Notes: a model not told the origin generated them from the sequence alone. DNA of 64,000 nt from a virus (IMGVR_UViG_3300045988_170760:32001-96000), one strand, 5' to 3'. Numbered from the stretch's first letter, positions 1 through 9,049 are shown. Program-made: numbers and translations.

Positions 1-318
1 GTTATATATGAAAAAGAGGAAGAATATTCTTTAAGTAAAAGTGTACGTATCTTATCTGTATTTTTAGAAGAATTAGAAACAGTTTTCGAGAAAACAAAAA
101 TCAACAACACAAAAGAAAGAAAGGCATTAAGAAAACTATTAGATACATTTAATGATAGTATTTTTATTTCAAAAAAACAATTAATGTTAATGGAAAAAGA
201 AATAGATAAGCAGAATGAGCCATATGAAGCATATAACAAAGAAAGTAGAGCATATTGGTTGAATTTAGGAAAGAAGTCTTTGATTAATATGTTATTAAAT
301 GGATTAGGAGGAGAATAA
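1..318 (+). CDS. hypothetical protein, 5' end cut by window edge
   Basis: Frame 1 is open from base 1 to TAA at 316-318, which overlaps the next ATG at 318. No start codon can be assigned inside the window. Confidence 0.5.
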   Translation, partial: VIYEKEEEYSLSKSVRILSVFLEELETVFEKTKINNTKERKALRKLLDTFNDSIFISKKQLMLMEKEIDKQNEPYEAYNKESRAYWLNLGKKSLINMLLNGLGGE

Positions 319-713
319 TGTATATCTCAGAAGAAAGGATAAAAGAAGTTATAAGCCATATTAAAGCTGGTTTTAATAACATACCACAGAGAGAAAGAAA
401 TTTAAGTGCTGAGGGCATAAATTATCTTTTAGATAAAATAGAAGAAAAAATGTTAGGAGATGAAAGTAAGATGGATATAAAAACAAAATATAATATAGGA
501 GATAAAGTTTGGATTGTATATGAGAATAATGGAGAAGTTTGTATTTTTTCAGATATCATAGATAGTTACTTAATATCTGAAGATGAAACAATAATATATG
601 TAAAGGATAGTGACTGTGTAGATTTAAAGGAAGATGACATAATATTATATGATGACACAGAGGCATTAATAAAAAAAATAATGGAAATAGATAAACAATA
701 TGAAGGGAAATAA
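318..713 (+). CDS. hypothetical early protein
   Basis: 131-aa ORF with GGAGGAG just upstream of the ATG. No motif recognised. Confidence 0.75.
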   Translation: MYISEERIKEVISHIKAGFNNIPQRERNLSAEGINYLLDKIEEKMLGDESKMDIKTKYNIGDKVWIVYENNGEVCIFSDIIDSYLISEDETIIYVKDSDCVDLKEDDIILYDDTEALIKKIMEIDKQYEGK

Positions 714-975
714 AGATATGTTAAGTGATTTAAACGAGTTTAGAAAATTAGTAGGATGGACACATTTTCTTATTGTGTTGTTGTTAGCTTTTATAGAATT
801 GATTTTTAATATACCTTATTTATTATTAAAGTTAATCTTTTATCCTATTTGGTGGTTTTATGATAATTTTATGGAAGATAATTTTTATTGTATAAACTTT
901 ATTAACTTCTCATTTTTTAATAAATATGTTAAGTATTTAGAGACACAGATAAAAGAGGAGCAAAGAGATGTGTGA
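700..975 (+). CDS. small membrane protein (alternative start ATG 718)
   Basis: ORF with a hydrophobic stretch FLIVLLLAFIELIF. Start is uncertain between 700 and 718. Confidence 0.6.
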   Translation: MKGNKDMLSDLNEFRKLVGWTHFLIVLLLAFIELIFNIPYLLLKLIFYPIWWFYDNFMEDNFYCINFINFSFFNKYVKYLETQIKEEQRDV

Positions 976-1192
976 TTGTACTGTTTTAAGCAAAAATATT
1001 AAATTAATAGGAAATACTATTTTTATAGGAGATAAAGAGATAACAAATCTGCCTAAAGAATTAGAAAATCTATTAAGAAATGGTAAGCCTAAAATTACCG
1101 TAAATAGTGTTAATATTATAATAGATGAATGGGAATATAAAGATGGTAAGTTTAAAAAGACTTTAAGAGGTTATATCCATAAATATTTATAA
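968..1192 (+). CDS. hypothetical protein
   Basis: 74-aa ORF with GAGGAG upstream, overlapping the preceding stop. Confidence 0.65.
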   Translation: MCDCTVLSKNIKLIGNTIFIGDKEITNLPKELENLLRNGKPKITVNSVNIIIDEWEYKDGKFKKTLRGYIHKYL

Positions 1193-1204
1193 ATGGAGGG
1201 TTAT

Positions 1205-1618
1205 ATGAATAAAAGAAAAATAAAAATAGTTGAAAATGGTTATTGGATATCAGATAATTGGTTTTATTTAGATACTTATAAATCAATTATATCTAAAGAA
1301 ATAACGTATCAAGAGTTTGAAAATGATTTTTGGGGATATAGTTATAATTTAGATTGGGATGAAGAATATTTAGGTAATAATCCTTTTACTCAAACATGTT
1401 GCAAAAGATATTTTTTAGATAATGAAAAAATGTTTGTAGAGGTTTGTGTGTTTACAGGTATAGAAACTGAGTTTTATATTCATAAAGTCATTACTAATAA
1501 TTATTCAAATTCTAATGATTTAGTAAAAGATTTAATGGAGTTAAATGAAATATATGATTATTTAATAAGTTCATTTGAAAATTATAGGAGGGATATAATA
1601 GATGATAAGTCTTTATAA
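1205..1618 (+). CDS. hypothetical protein
   Basis: The track ORF starts at 1193. The ATG at 1205 sits 4-5 nt after GGAGGG and is preferred. Confidence 0.7.
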   Translation: MNKRKIKIVENGYWISDNWFYLDTYKSIISKEITYQEFENDFWGYSYNLDWDEEYLGNNPFTQTCCKRYFLDNEKMFVEVCVFTGIETEFYIHKVITNNYSNSNDLVKDLMELNEIYDYLISSFENYRRDIIDDKSL

Positions 1619-1892
1619 TGAATACAATGAAACAGGAGATTATCAAGCATTTATTTCTGCTAAGGAATGTGGAAATAACAAAGATAACTTTTTAAAAGTA
1701 TTAAAAGAGGAATTAATGGATGATAACATAGAATTAGCAGGAGAAGTAGAAGAAGGATATTATAGGATAAAAAGGTCAGATGAATGGGAGAGAGGTGAAC
1801 TTGGAGAATATTGTTGGACACCTACCCAGAAAGGAAGAGGAGCAACTTTATTTTATATGGCAGATTGGAAATTTAAAAAGGAGGTTATATAA
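1602..1892 (+). CDS. hypothetical protein
   Basis: 96-aa ORF with AGGAGG upstream, overlapping neighbours at both ends. Confidence 0.7.
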   Translation: MISLYNEYNETGDYQAFISAKECGNNKDNFLKVLKEELMDDNIELAGEVEEGYYRIKRSDEWERGELGEYCWTPTQKGRGATLFYMADWKFKKEVI

Positions 1893-2203
1893 TGTTGTCT
1901 AATGGAGAGAAAGTAGAAAATATATCTAAATGGATAGTATTTCATACAAATGACCCAGTTGGAGCAATTAAGATAGGAGAAATGTTAGATGATTTATTAG
2001 ATGAAATATATAATTCTATCCATAAAGATATATTAATAGAAAAAATAAATAAATATAAAGAATGTATAAAAGGATGTAAGCCAGATGATTTAATGCTTAT
2101 AGACTACTATGAAGATAGAATAATTTTTTTACAAGAGCTTATAGATGAGATTAATGAAACTTTTATAGAACATAGAGGAGGGAAAGATGATGAAAATAGT
2201 TAA
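1892..2203 (+). CDS. hypothetical protein
   Basis: 103-aa ORF with AAGGAGG upstream and an ATAATG stop/start overlap. Confidence 0.7.
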   Translation: MLSNGEKVENISKWIVFHTNDPVGAIKIGEMLDDLLDEIYNSIHKDILIEKINKYKECIKGCKPDDLMLIDYYEDRIIFLQELIDEINETFIEHRGGKDDENS

Positions 2204-2405
2204 GGTTCATGAGATTAATGCGGTAGACATCATAAATATTTCTAATAATCTTGAATTAGATAAAAATGAAAGTAAGATACAACGAATAAAGAAAAAGATT
2301 GATAATATTTTAAATCAAATTACTGTTGAAGAAATAGAACGTAGAATAAAAGAAGACGAAGAAAATCCATGTACAAATGAAATTATATTTAATAAGGAGG
2401 ATTAA
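2187..2405 (+). CDS. hypothetical protein
   Basis: 72-aa ORF with GGAGGGA upstream. Confidence 0.65.
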   Translation: MMKIVKVHEINAVDIINISNNLELDKNESKIQRIKKKIDNILNQITVEEIERRIKEDEENPCTNEIIFNKED

Positions 2406-2408
2406 TAT

Positions 2409-2594
2409 ATGGAAGAAGATGATTTTACAGATTGGTTAATTGATAGAGAGGATAGTATAGAATATCCTTATGGTCAAACTAAAAATGAAATTATTTGTGA
2501 TATAAAGGATTGGATAAACGGAGAAGAATTTAATATAGACGATATAAAAGAAAGTTTGAAGATTTTGATAGATGATATAGAAAAAGACATATAA
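2409..2594 (+). CDS. hypothetical acidic protein
   Basis: 61-aa ORF with AAGGAGG upstream. Confidence 0.6.
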   Translation: MEEDDFTDWLIDREDSIEYPYGQTKNEIICDIKDWINGEEFNIDDIKESLKILIDDIEKDI

Positions 2595-2609
2595 AGATTG
2601 GAGGTAATA

Positions 2610-2849
2610 ATGAATATATTAAAGTTAGGTAAAAATCCAGGAACTCAAAAATATATAAAACGTTGTAGAAATTGTAAAAGTTTATTAGTATATGACGATA
2701 GTGATTTATTTCCTGATATGGAAATGGATTTATGTATAAAATGTCCAGTATGTGAAAAGATTTTACTTATTGGATTATTTCCAAGAAAATATAAACCAGA
2801 AAAACATGGAAAAATAAAAAATGAAATAGGTTTTAAAAAGGAGTTATGA
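2610..2849 (+). CDS. zinc-ribbon protein
   Basis: ATG at 2610 follows GGAGGT. Two CxxC pairs are present (CRNCKS and CPVCEK). Confidence 0.65.
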   Translation: MNILKLGKNPGTQKYIKRCRNCKSLLVYDDSDLFPDMEMDLCIKCPVCEKILLIGLFPRKYKPEKHGKIKNEIGFKKEL

Positions 2850-3016
2850 TGGATAAAGAATTAATTATTAATATGTTGGAAGATACAGATATAAAATATG
2901 TGATTGGAATTGATATCAATTTAGAGCTTTATGATAAGGATAGGGTTCGTATTGATTATATGAATTGTAACAAAGAGATTAAGCATATGGAAGGTTATTT
3001 TGACAATAGTATATAG
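2846..3016 (+). CDS. hypothetical small protein (56 aa, below track cutoff)
   Basis: ATGATG overlaps the preceding TGA. The frame stays open to TAG at 3014-3016 and fills an otherwise empty gap. Confidence 0.45.
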   Translation: MMDKELIINMLEDTDIKYVIGIDINLELYDKDRVRIDYMNCNKEIKHMEGYFDNSI

Positions 3017-3028
3017 AAAGGAGCAGGC

Positions 3029-3217
3029 ATGATTAGTTATATTAATGAATTATATAAAAAAGAAGTAGAAGACAATAAAGAATTAAGAGATTGGGTAGAT
3101 AAATTAGCTGATTTTATTTTATCAAACCATTATCAAATAACCCATGTAGATGAACAACAATGGAATAAAAAGAAAAGAGAAATTGTTGAAGAAATCTGCA
3201 TTAAGAAAGAGGTATAA
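3029..3217 (+). CDS. hypothetical protein
   Basis: 62-aa ORF with AAAGGAG upstream. Confidence 0.65.
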   Translation: MISYINELYKKEVEDNKELRDWVDKLADFILSNHYQITHVDEQQWNKKKREIVEEICIKKEV

Positions 3218-3311
3218 TTATGGAAGATTTTATATGTGATTATCAATGTGACAAGTGTATAGGGAAGTGTTTTAATACGGGTTTAATTATAAAATAGGGA
3301 GGTAAAAAATT

Positions 3312-3620
3312 GTGAATATAGAAAAAGCCTTAGAGGAAATGAGAAGTTGGATAGAATATAAGAAAAATAATAAAGACAAAATATTAAGGGCTGATGATTT
3401 GATTGATATACAAGAAACTATAATAAAAGAAGTAGATAGACAAAACAAAATAATAAGGCAGGCTTATGCAAAAGCAAATAATTATCTATATTTTGATGAT
3501 AGTTCTGATTATGGTGCAGGTTTATGGGAAGTTATTAGAACATTAAGACCAGATTTGGCTGAGAAATGGGATAATAGTGACGAATATATAGCCTTAGAAT
3601 ATATAGAAGAGGAGGATTAA
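3312..3620 (+). CDS. hypothetical protein
   Basis: GTG start preceded by GGGAGGT. 102 aa. Confidence 0.65.
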   Translation: MNIEKALEEMRSWIEYKKNNKDKILRADDLIDIQETIIKEVDRQNKIIRQAYAKANNYLYFDDSSDYGAGLWEVIRTLRPDLAEKWDNSDEYIALEYIEEED

Positions 3621-3624
3621 AATC

Positions 3625-4068
3625 ATGACAGAAAGACAACAATCTGCATTAGACAGATTAAAAAGAGGAATAAATGATATATGGTTTGCCACATTATATA
3701 GTCAGGAAGAAATGGACGAAGATATTAGCATTGTATTAGATTTAGTATCTGAAATGCAAACAGAAATAAGCAAAAAAAACTATGAGATAAAAAGAATAAA
3801 GAAAGACAATTATGAATTGGATAGAGATGCTCAAAAGTATTTTGATGCTTATATGGATGGTGTTAGTGAGATTTATGGAAAAAATATGGAAATTGATATA
3901 TTAGTAGAAAAGCTATATTGTTATTTAAAATTTATGAAATATCATAATTTAACACTGGACAAAGAATGTAAAATATATAATGATAAAGATAAAGAAAGCA
4001 TGAAATATTTAAAGAAAAAAGTTGAGAAGAAAGTGGAGATGGATAGAAATGATGGATTATATGAATAG
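3625..4068 (+). CDS. hypothetical coiled-coil protein
   Basis: 147-aa ORF with GAGGAGG upstream. Confidence 0.7.
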   Translation: MTERQQSALDRLKRGINDIWFATLYSQEEMDEDISIVLDLVSEMQTEISKKNYEIKRIKKDNYELDRDAQKYFDAYMDGVSEIYGKNMEIDILVEKLYCYLKFMKYHNLTLDKECKIYNDKDKESMKYLKKKVEKKVEMDRNDGLYE

Positions 4069-4333
4069 AAATGGTGAAGAATATGTAGTATTAAACATAG
4101 AAACATATGACAGGTTAAAAGAAAAAAGTGAAATTTTAAATAAGATTGAAGAAAATATAGAAAGTACGAGTTATGATGAAGATGGAACTGTATTGTCAGG
4201 ATTATGGTTTGCTGCTACTGCTAAAGTAGAAAAAAAGTTAGAAGTAGATTTAGAAGAAATTTTAAATATATTAGGATATGATATAGCAGGGTTTGATAGT
4301 ATTATTGTTAAAAATCCATCTAATAAATCATAA
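4049..4333 (+). CDS. hypothetical protein
   Basis: The track ORF starts at TTG 4022. The ATG at 4049 lies 10 nt after GGAG and is preferred. Confidence 0.6.
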   Translation: MMDYMNRNGEEYVVLNIETYDRLKEKSEILNKIEENIESTSYDEDGTVLSGLWFAATAKVEKKLEVDLEEILNILGYDIAGFDSIIVKNPSNKS

Positions 4334-4353
4334 TACATTTGTAAGGAGGAGCT

Positions 4354-4530
4354 ATGGAGGTATTAATATTTTTATTAGAAATATTTGATAAAATAACATG
4401 TTTGGCAGCATTATGTTTTGGGATATTTATTATTCCCTATTCTTTGTATAATGCAATTATGTATATTATTGTAAAAATAAAATATTGGAGGAATTCATAT
4501 GAGAATAGAAGAGGTAATCTTAAAAATTAG
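4354..4530 (+). CDS. small membrane protein (58 aa, below track cutoff)
   Basis: AAGGAGGAG lies upstream of ATG 4354. The product is hydrophobic (VLIFLLEIF...LCFGIFIIPYSLY). Confidence 0.5.
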   Translation: MEVLIFLLEIFDKITCLAALCFGIFIIPYSLYNAIMYIIVKIKYWRNSYENRRGNLKN

Positions 4531-4984
4531 AAATGGTGAAATAAAAAAAGGAGATGTTTTATTTTTTGATACAAATAAATCCAGAAAAAATGAAATAGAA
4601 TATGACGGAGAACATTTTATTGCAAAGTGGACTATTAATAAATTAGACTTTTTAGAAATTTATAGTTTAGAAGAAGTAATGGATATGGACTTCAAATTAT
4701 ATGAGACAGTAACTATAGGAAACTTAGAATTGAGAGGCACTGATTTTGCAAGGCATGAGAACAGCCCATTTATGAATACGGCTGATACTTTGGAGATTGT
4801 TATAAAAGAAGAGATGTATTGCAGAACAATTGGATATTGGATGATGACTGAAATGGGATATGATTTTAGGTTTGTTGGTGATAGATTTTTGACAGAGGAT
4901 ATAGATATTTATGATTTATATGATTTAATAGAAGAAGGTCAAAAAATAACACAACAAATGTTTAAGGAGAAAAATAATGGATAG
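4499..4984 (+). CDS. hypothetical protein
   Basis: 161-aa ORF with TGGAGG upstream. Confidence 0.7.
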   Translation: MRIEEVILKIRNGEIKKGDVLFFDTNKSRKNEIEYDGEHFIAKWTINKLDFLEIYSLEEVMDMDFKLYETVTIGNLELRGTDFARHENSPFMNTADTLEIVIKEEMYCRTIGYWMMTEMGYDFRFVGDRFLTEDIDIYDLYDLIEEGQKITQQMFKEKNNG

Positions 4985-5103
4985 GTATTGTAAAGAATGT
5001 GTATATTTTCCTTGTATGAGAGAAGAATGTGATATATTTAAAGGACATTGTAATTATGGAAAATCAATTGTTACATTTGTTATAGAAGAACTTGCAAAGG
5101 AGA

Positions 5104-5520
5104 ATGGGTATAATGAATAGACCATCTTATATGAAAATTGGATATTGTAAAGGATATTGCAAAGAAACTAAGGAATGGATATATGGCTGGCATTGGACAG
5201 ATACACCATATGTTTGTTTTTATAATGGAGAGAAAATCAGGCATTTTATAAGAGTTCAAGTTAATTATGATTGGAATTTGACTGAACAAAGAGATTATGA
5301 AGTTGAGCCTGAAAGTATAGGTTATTATATTGGAAGAAATGATAGTAATAACATTCCAATGTTTTTAGGTGATAAGGTACATTTTACTAAGAATAAAAAA
5401 GACTATGAAGGTAAAATAGGGTACAATGTAGAAACTGCGGCTTATTGTATATTAGGAAATCCTTATGGAATAATAGTAGATTTTAGTAAGTTATCTAATA
5501 TAGAAATAAAAGATATTTAA
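5104..5520 (+). CDS. YopX-like protein (start 5104 or 5113)
   Basis: The C-terminal pattern ESIGYYIGRNDSNNIPMFLGDKVHF resembles the YopX family signature TIGqyTGlkDknGkeIyEGDiv. AAGGAG lies upstream. Confidence 0.45.
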   Translation: MGIMNRPSYMKIGYCKGYCKETKEWIYGWHWTDTPYVCFYNGEKIRHFIRVQVNYDWNLTEQRDYEVEPESIGYYIGRNDSNNIPMFLGDKVHFTKNKKDYEGKIGYNVETAAYCILGNPYGIIVDFSKLSNIEIKDI

Positions 5521-5658
5521 TAAAATAAATATCTTTTAAGACATAATGCTAGGAAGCATTGAGTTTACTAGCATTAAAAAATGAACTCGAAGATAATATG
5601 GAATTAAATGTAGTTAAGCTTCGAGTTCAATAAAATAAATATATGGAGGTAATAATAA

Positions 5659-6159
5659 ATGATTATTTTATTTGATATGAACAAAGAAATGTGTGATGCC
5701 TGGAACAAAGAATTTAAAGACTGTAATGATGTAAAGGTATTAAATATAAAACTTGACGAATTACAACCTGTAGATTATTTAGTAACAGCAGGTAATAGTT
5801 ATGGAATAATGAATGGTGGTATAGATTTAGCAGTAAGAAATTTGTTTGGAACAAGATTACAAGATAGGGTACAATGGGGTATTATAAGAAAATATAAAAA
5901 ATTATATTTACCTGTAGGAGATAATATAGTAGTTTATGGAAATAATAAATATAAAAATGTTATTTATGCACCTACTATGGAATTCCCAAAATTTATTTCT
6001 AAAGATTGTATATCTAAAATATTTTTAAATTGTTTATTAACAGCTAAGAATGGAAACATAGCATGTTGTGGTTTGGGAGCATTAACTGGAGGGCTTACTG
6101 TTACTACAGTAGCACAGGAAATGAAATTAGCATATAATAAATTTAAAAAAATAAATTAA
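5659..6159 (+). CDS. macro-domain (ADP-ribose binding/hydrolase) protein
   Basis: Motifs VTAGNSYGIMNGGIDLA, IYAPTM and GLGALTGG match the macro-fold nucleotide-binding loops. GGAGGT lies upstream. Confidence 0.55.
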   Translation: MIILFDMNKEMCDAWNKEFKDCNDVKVLNIKLDELQPVDYLVTAGNSYGIMNGGIDLAVRNLFGTRLQDRVQWGIIRKYKKLYLPVGDNIVVYGNNKYKNVIYAPTMEFPKFISKDCISKIFLNCLLTAKNGNIACCGLGALTGGLTVTTVAQEMKLAYNKFKKIN

Positions 6160-6179
6160 AATCGAAAGGATGATATATA

Positions 6180-6374
6180 ATGGATAGTTATGTAACTATA
6201 GAAAAAGAAGAAATATATGATATCTTATGTGGTTGTGGATTGATGACTATTTATACTAAAGAATATGGTTCATTAGAAATGACTGATGAAGATAGTATTA
6301 TGGAGGATTTTATTCCAGCAGTAGTAGACTATATCAATGACAAATTAGATAATACGAGATTATTTTTAGAATAA
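6180..6374 (+). CDS. hypothetical protein
   Basis: 64-aa ORF with AAAGGATG upstream. Confidence 0.6.
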   Translation: MDSYVTIEKEEIYDILCGCGLMTIYTKEYGSLEMTDEDSIMEDFIPAVVDYINDKLDNTRLFLE

Positions 6375-6377
6375 GTA

Positions 6378-6406
6378 TTGACATTGAATATAAAATATGG
6401 TATAAT
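6378..6406 (+). promoter_or_regulatory. consensus sigma70-type promoter
   Basis: TTGACA at 6378-6383, a 17-nt spacer ending in TGg, then TATAAT at 6401-6406. This is a perfect -35, extended -10 and -10. Confidence 0.7.
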
Positions 6407-6431
6407 AAATCAAAGAAGGAGGATAAAATAT

Positions 6432-6647
6432 ATGGATTTTGTAAAATTAATAATATATCTTAATGACGGAGTAGTTCAAGTAAATATAAGTGAAGAAATG
6501 TCAAGAAATCTTTCTACCGCAGTTAAAGATAAATCAGAAGATAAATTACGAGAATATTTTCATAATTTAGAGGATACACTTTCAGGTAAAAAGATTGATA
6601 TAGAACTAGATGATTTAAAAGGATTTGAATTTAAGTTAGGCAAGTAA
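6432..6647 (+). CDS. hypothetical protein
   Basis: ATG 6432 follows AGGAGGA. The track start at 6378 lies inside the promoter and is rejected. Confidence 0.65.
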   Translation: MDFVKLIIYLNDGVVQVNISEEMSRNLSTAVKDKSEDKLREYFHNLEDTLSGKKIDIELDDLKGFEFKLGK

Positions 6648-6821
6648 TACTATAATACTCCTTAATTAGGATATTATAGTGGGGTGATAATGTGTGTGAT
6701 GACAAAATTTCTAATGCTTGCTACAATTGTCCGTTTTTTATACAAAGTTGTTCATTTTGTCAATTAAATGATGAATATATAGATGATTGTATAGATGTAG
6801 TTAAGGAGTTGTATAATAATT

Positions 6822-7928
6822 ATGAAGTTGAAAATTATAGAATTTATGAAAAATCATAAGAACTGGGAAGAATTACTAACTAAAAAACCATATTGTTTAA
6901 AAGTTAATAGGCATAATGGATATATTTTATTGAAATATGACCAAATACATTCTGATTTTTCTTTAGATATTGTTAAAGAAGCTAGGGGAATTATAATAAA
7001 AGAAGAATGTTATAAGGTAGTATGTTTTCCTTTTATTAAATTTTTTAACATAGATGAAACTTATGCAGACAAAATAGACTGGAATACAGCAAAAGTACAG
7101 GAAAAAATAGATGGCTCATTAATTAAATTATGGTGTGACGAAAAAAATGGAATAAAAACATGGAATGTATCTACAAATGGATGTATAGATGCTTTTGCTT
7201 GTGATTTAGGTACTGATATATGTCCCTATAAAACTTTTGGGGAATTATTTATGTCCGTTTTTAATTTTAGAACTTTTCAAAAAATGAACCCAAACTATAC
7301 TTATATGTTTGAATTAGTATCTCCTTATACAAAAATTGTAGTAGATTATCCCAGAACAAAAATATATCATTTAGGAACTAGGGATAATATTAGTGGAAAA
7401 GAGTTAGAAGAAGATATAGGTGTCACAAAGCCAAAACTATATCCATTAAAGACTGAGGAAGAAATTAGAGAAACAGCAAATAAGTTACCTTTCAATGAAG
7501 AAGGTTATGTTGTAGTAGACAAAAATTATCATAGAGTAAAAGTTAAATCTCCAGCTTATGTTAATGCACATAGGTTAATTAATAATAATATAATAAATAC
7601 AGTAAAGGTACTTGATTTAATTATACAAAATGAGCAAGAAGAATTTTTATCTTATTTTCCTGAATATAAAAATGTATTTAAAGACATAGAAAGAAGATAT
7701 TTGAATTTTAGAAAAAGATTAAAGACAATAGAGGAACGCATACTAAAATTGAAAAAGAAAGCTAAAGATAGAAAAGATTTTGCTATTAAGTTAATAAAAA
7801 GAATGCCAGATTATAAAGAAATGGGTTTTATGCTTTATGATGATAAAATAAAAAATTATGAAGAATATTTGAATAATTTAACTACTAAAAAAATTATAGA
7901 AGGGATAGAAAGATATGAAAACATATGA
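6822..7928 (+). CDS. ATP-dependent RNA ligase, T4 Rnl1-like
   Basis: Nucleotidyltransferase motifs are present in order: I EKIDGSL, III/IIIa YMFELVSP, IV EEGYVVVD, V HRVKVKSPAY. Confidence 0.7.
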   Translation: MKLKIIEFMKNHKNWEELLTKKPYCLKVNRHNGYILLKYDQIHSDFSLDIVKEARGIIIKEECYKVVCFPFIKFFNIDETYADKIDWNTAKVQEKIDGSLIKLWCDEKNGIKTWNVSTNGCIDAFACDLGTDICPYKTFGELFMSVFNFRTFQKMNPNYTYMFELVSPYTKIVVDYPRTKIYHLGTRDNISGKELEEDIGVTKPKLYPLKTEEEIRETANKLPFNEEGYVVVDKNYHRVKVKSPAYVNAHRLINNNIINTVKVLDLIIQNEQEEFLSYFPEYKNVFKDIERRYLNFRKRLKTIEERILKLKKKAKDRKDFAIKLIKRMPDYKEMGFMLYDDKIKNYEEYLNNLTTKKIIEGIERYENI

Positions 7929-8115
7929 AAAGCTTTATGCTGTAAGAGAAAAGAAAACAAAAAAATTAATTAGTAAAAGACATTCTAATCCATTTTTTAC
8001 TTACAAAAGAAATGCTGAAAGTCAAATAGAAGAAATGGAGAGCCCATATTGGGGATATAAAGAAGGAGAATTAGAAATTGTTACTTTTAGATTAGAGGAG
8101 ATAGAATATGAATAA
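7915..8115 (+). CDS. hypothetical protein
   Basis: 66-aa ORF bridging the ligase and kinase genes, overlapping both. Confidence 0.55.
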   Translation: MKTYEKLYAVREKKTKKLISKRHSNPFFTYKRNAESQIEEMESPYWGYKEGELEIVTFRLEEIEYE

Positions 8116-9040
8116 GTTTTATATGATAGTAGGTTTACCTGGTTCTGGTAAATCAACTATTAGTAATGAATTGAATGGAGAGGTTTTTTCTTCTGATGCT
8201 TTAAGGAAAGAATTATGGGGTGATGAAAATACTCAAGGCGATAATACTTTATTGTTTAATGAACTTCATAAACGTATAGAAAAAGGATTAAAAGAGGGGA
8301 AAAATTGTATATATGATGCAACTAATATTAATGCTAAAAAAAGAATACAATTTTTAAATAAAATAAAAAATATAAAATGTGAAAAAATTTGTATATTAGT
8401 AGCAACAGATTTTAATGTATGTTTACAAAGAAATAATTTAAGGGAAAGAAAAGTTCCATATGAAGTAATTAAGCGAATGTATTTTAATATTGATATTCCT
8501 CAATATAGAGAAGGATGGGATAAGATTATTATAAAAAGGACACAAGATGAGATGAACGATTATGATATATTTAAATTTGTAGATTATTTAGAAACAATTA
8601 ATCATGATAATCCTCATCATTTACTAACAATAGGAGGACATATTCAGGCAGTTGTAAAATATATAATGGATAATTATCAATTTAAATTTGCAGGAGATAT
8701 AGAAAGATTAGAATGTTTATTAAGAGCAGCTTTATATCATGACATTGGCAAAAAGATTACTAAAACATTTATTAATAGTAAAGGAGAAAAAACAGAAGTA
8801 GCTCATTATTATAATCATGAGAAAGTATCTGCTTATATGTATATAATGTATGAACATACAGAAGAATTAAAAGATGTAGATAAAATTCTTTATATAGCTG
8901 ATTTAATTGGACTTCATATGAAAATGCATTGTTATAATGGTGATAAAGAAAAAGCACATGAAAGAATAAGAAAGTTGGTAGGACAGAGAGAATTTGAAGA
9001 TTTATGTATTTTAAATGAAGCTGATATTATTTGTGGGTAG
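8108..9040 (+). CDS. bifunctional polynucleotide 5'-kinase / HD-domain phosphoesterase (Pnk-HD)
   Basis: N-terminal P-loop GLPGSGKST with a T4 Pnk-like layout. The C-terminal HD domain shows NPHHLLTIGGH, ALYHDIGK and HYYNHEK. Confidence 0.7.
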   Translation: MNKFYMIVGLPGSGKSTISNELNGEVFSSDALRKELWGDENTQGDNTLLFNELHKRIEKGLKEGKNCIYDATNINAKKRIQFLNKIKNIKCEKICILVATDFNVCLQRNNLRERKVPYEVIKRMYFNIDIPQYREGWDKIIIKRTQDEMNDYDIFKFVDYLETINHDNPHHLLTIGGHIQAVVKYIMDNYQFKFAGDIERLECLLRAALYHDIGKKITKTFINSKGEKTEVAHYYNHEKVSAYMYIMYEHTEELKDVDKILYIADLIGLHMKMHCYNGDKEKAHERIRKLVGQREFEDLCILNEADIICG

Positions 9041-9049
9041 GAGGATAAA

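Noticed and set aside
6649-6680. A 13-bp interrupted hairpin (ACTATAATAcTCCT...AGGATATTATAGT) after the 6432 gene, considered as an intrinsic terminator.
   Set aside because: No U-tract follows it. It may have some structural or processing role, but evidence is insufficient for a terminator call.
6692-6859. A 55-aa Cys-rich ORF with a GTG start that overlaps the RNA ligase start. Similar tiny Cys-rich ORFs occur at 3220-3297 and 4977-5084.
   Set aside because: They are below a reliable size, have weak or unusual starts and overlap better-supported genes. They cannot be supported from sequence alone.
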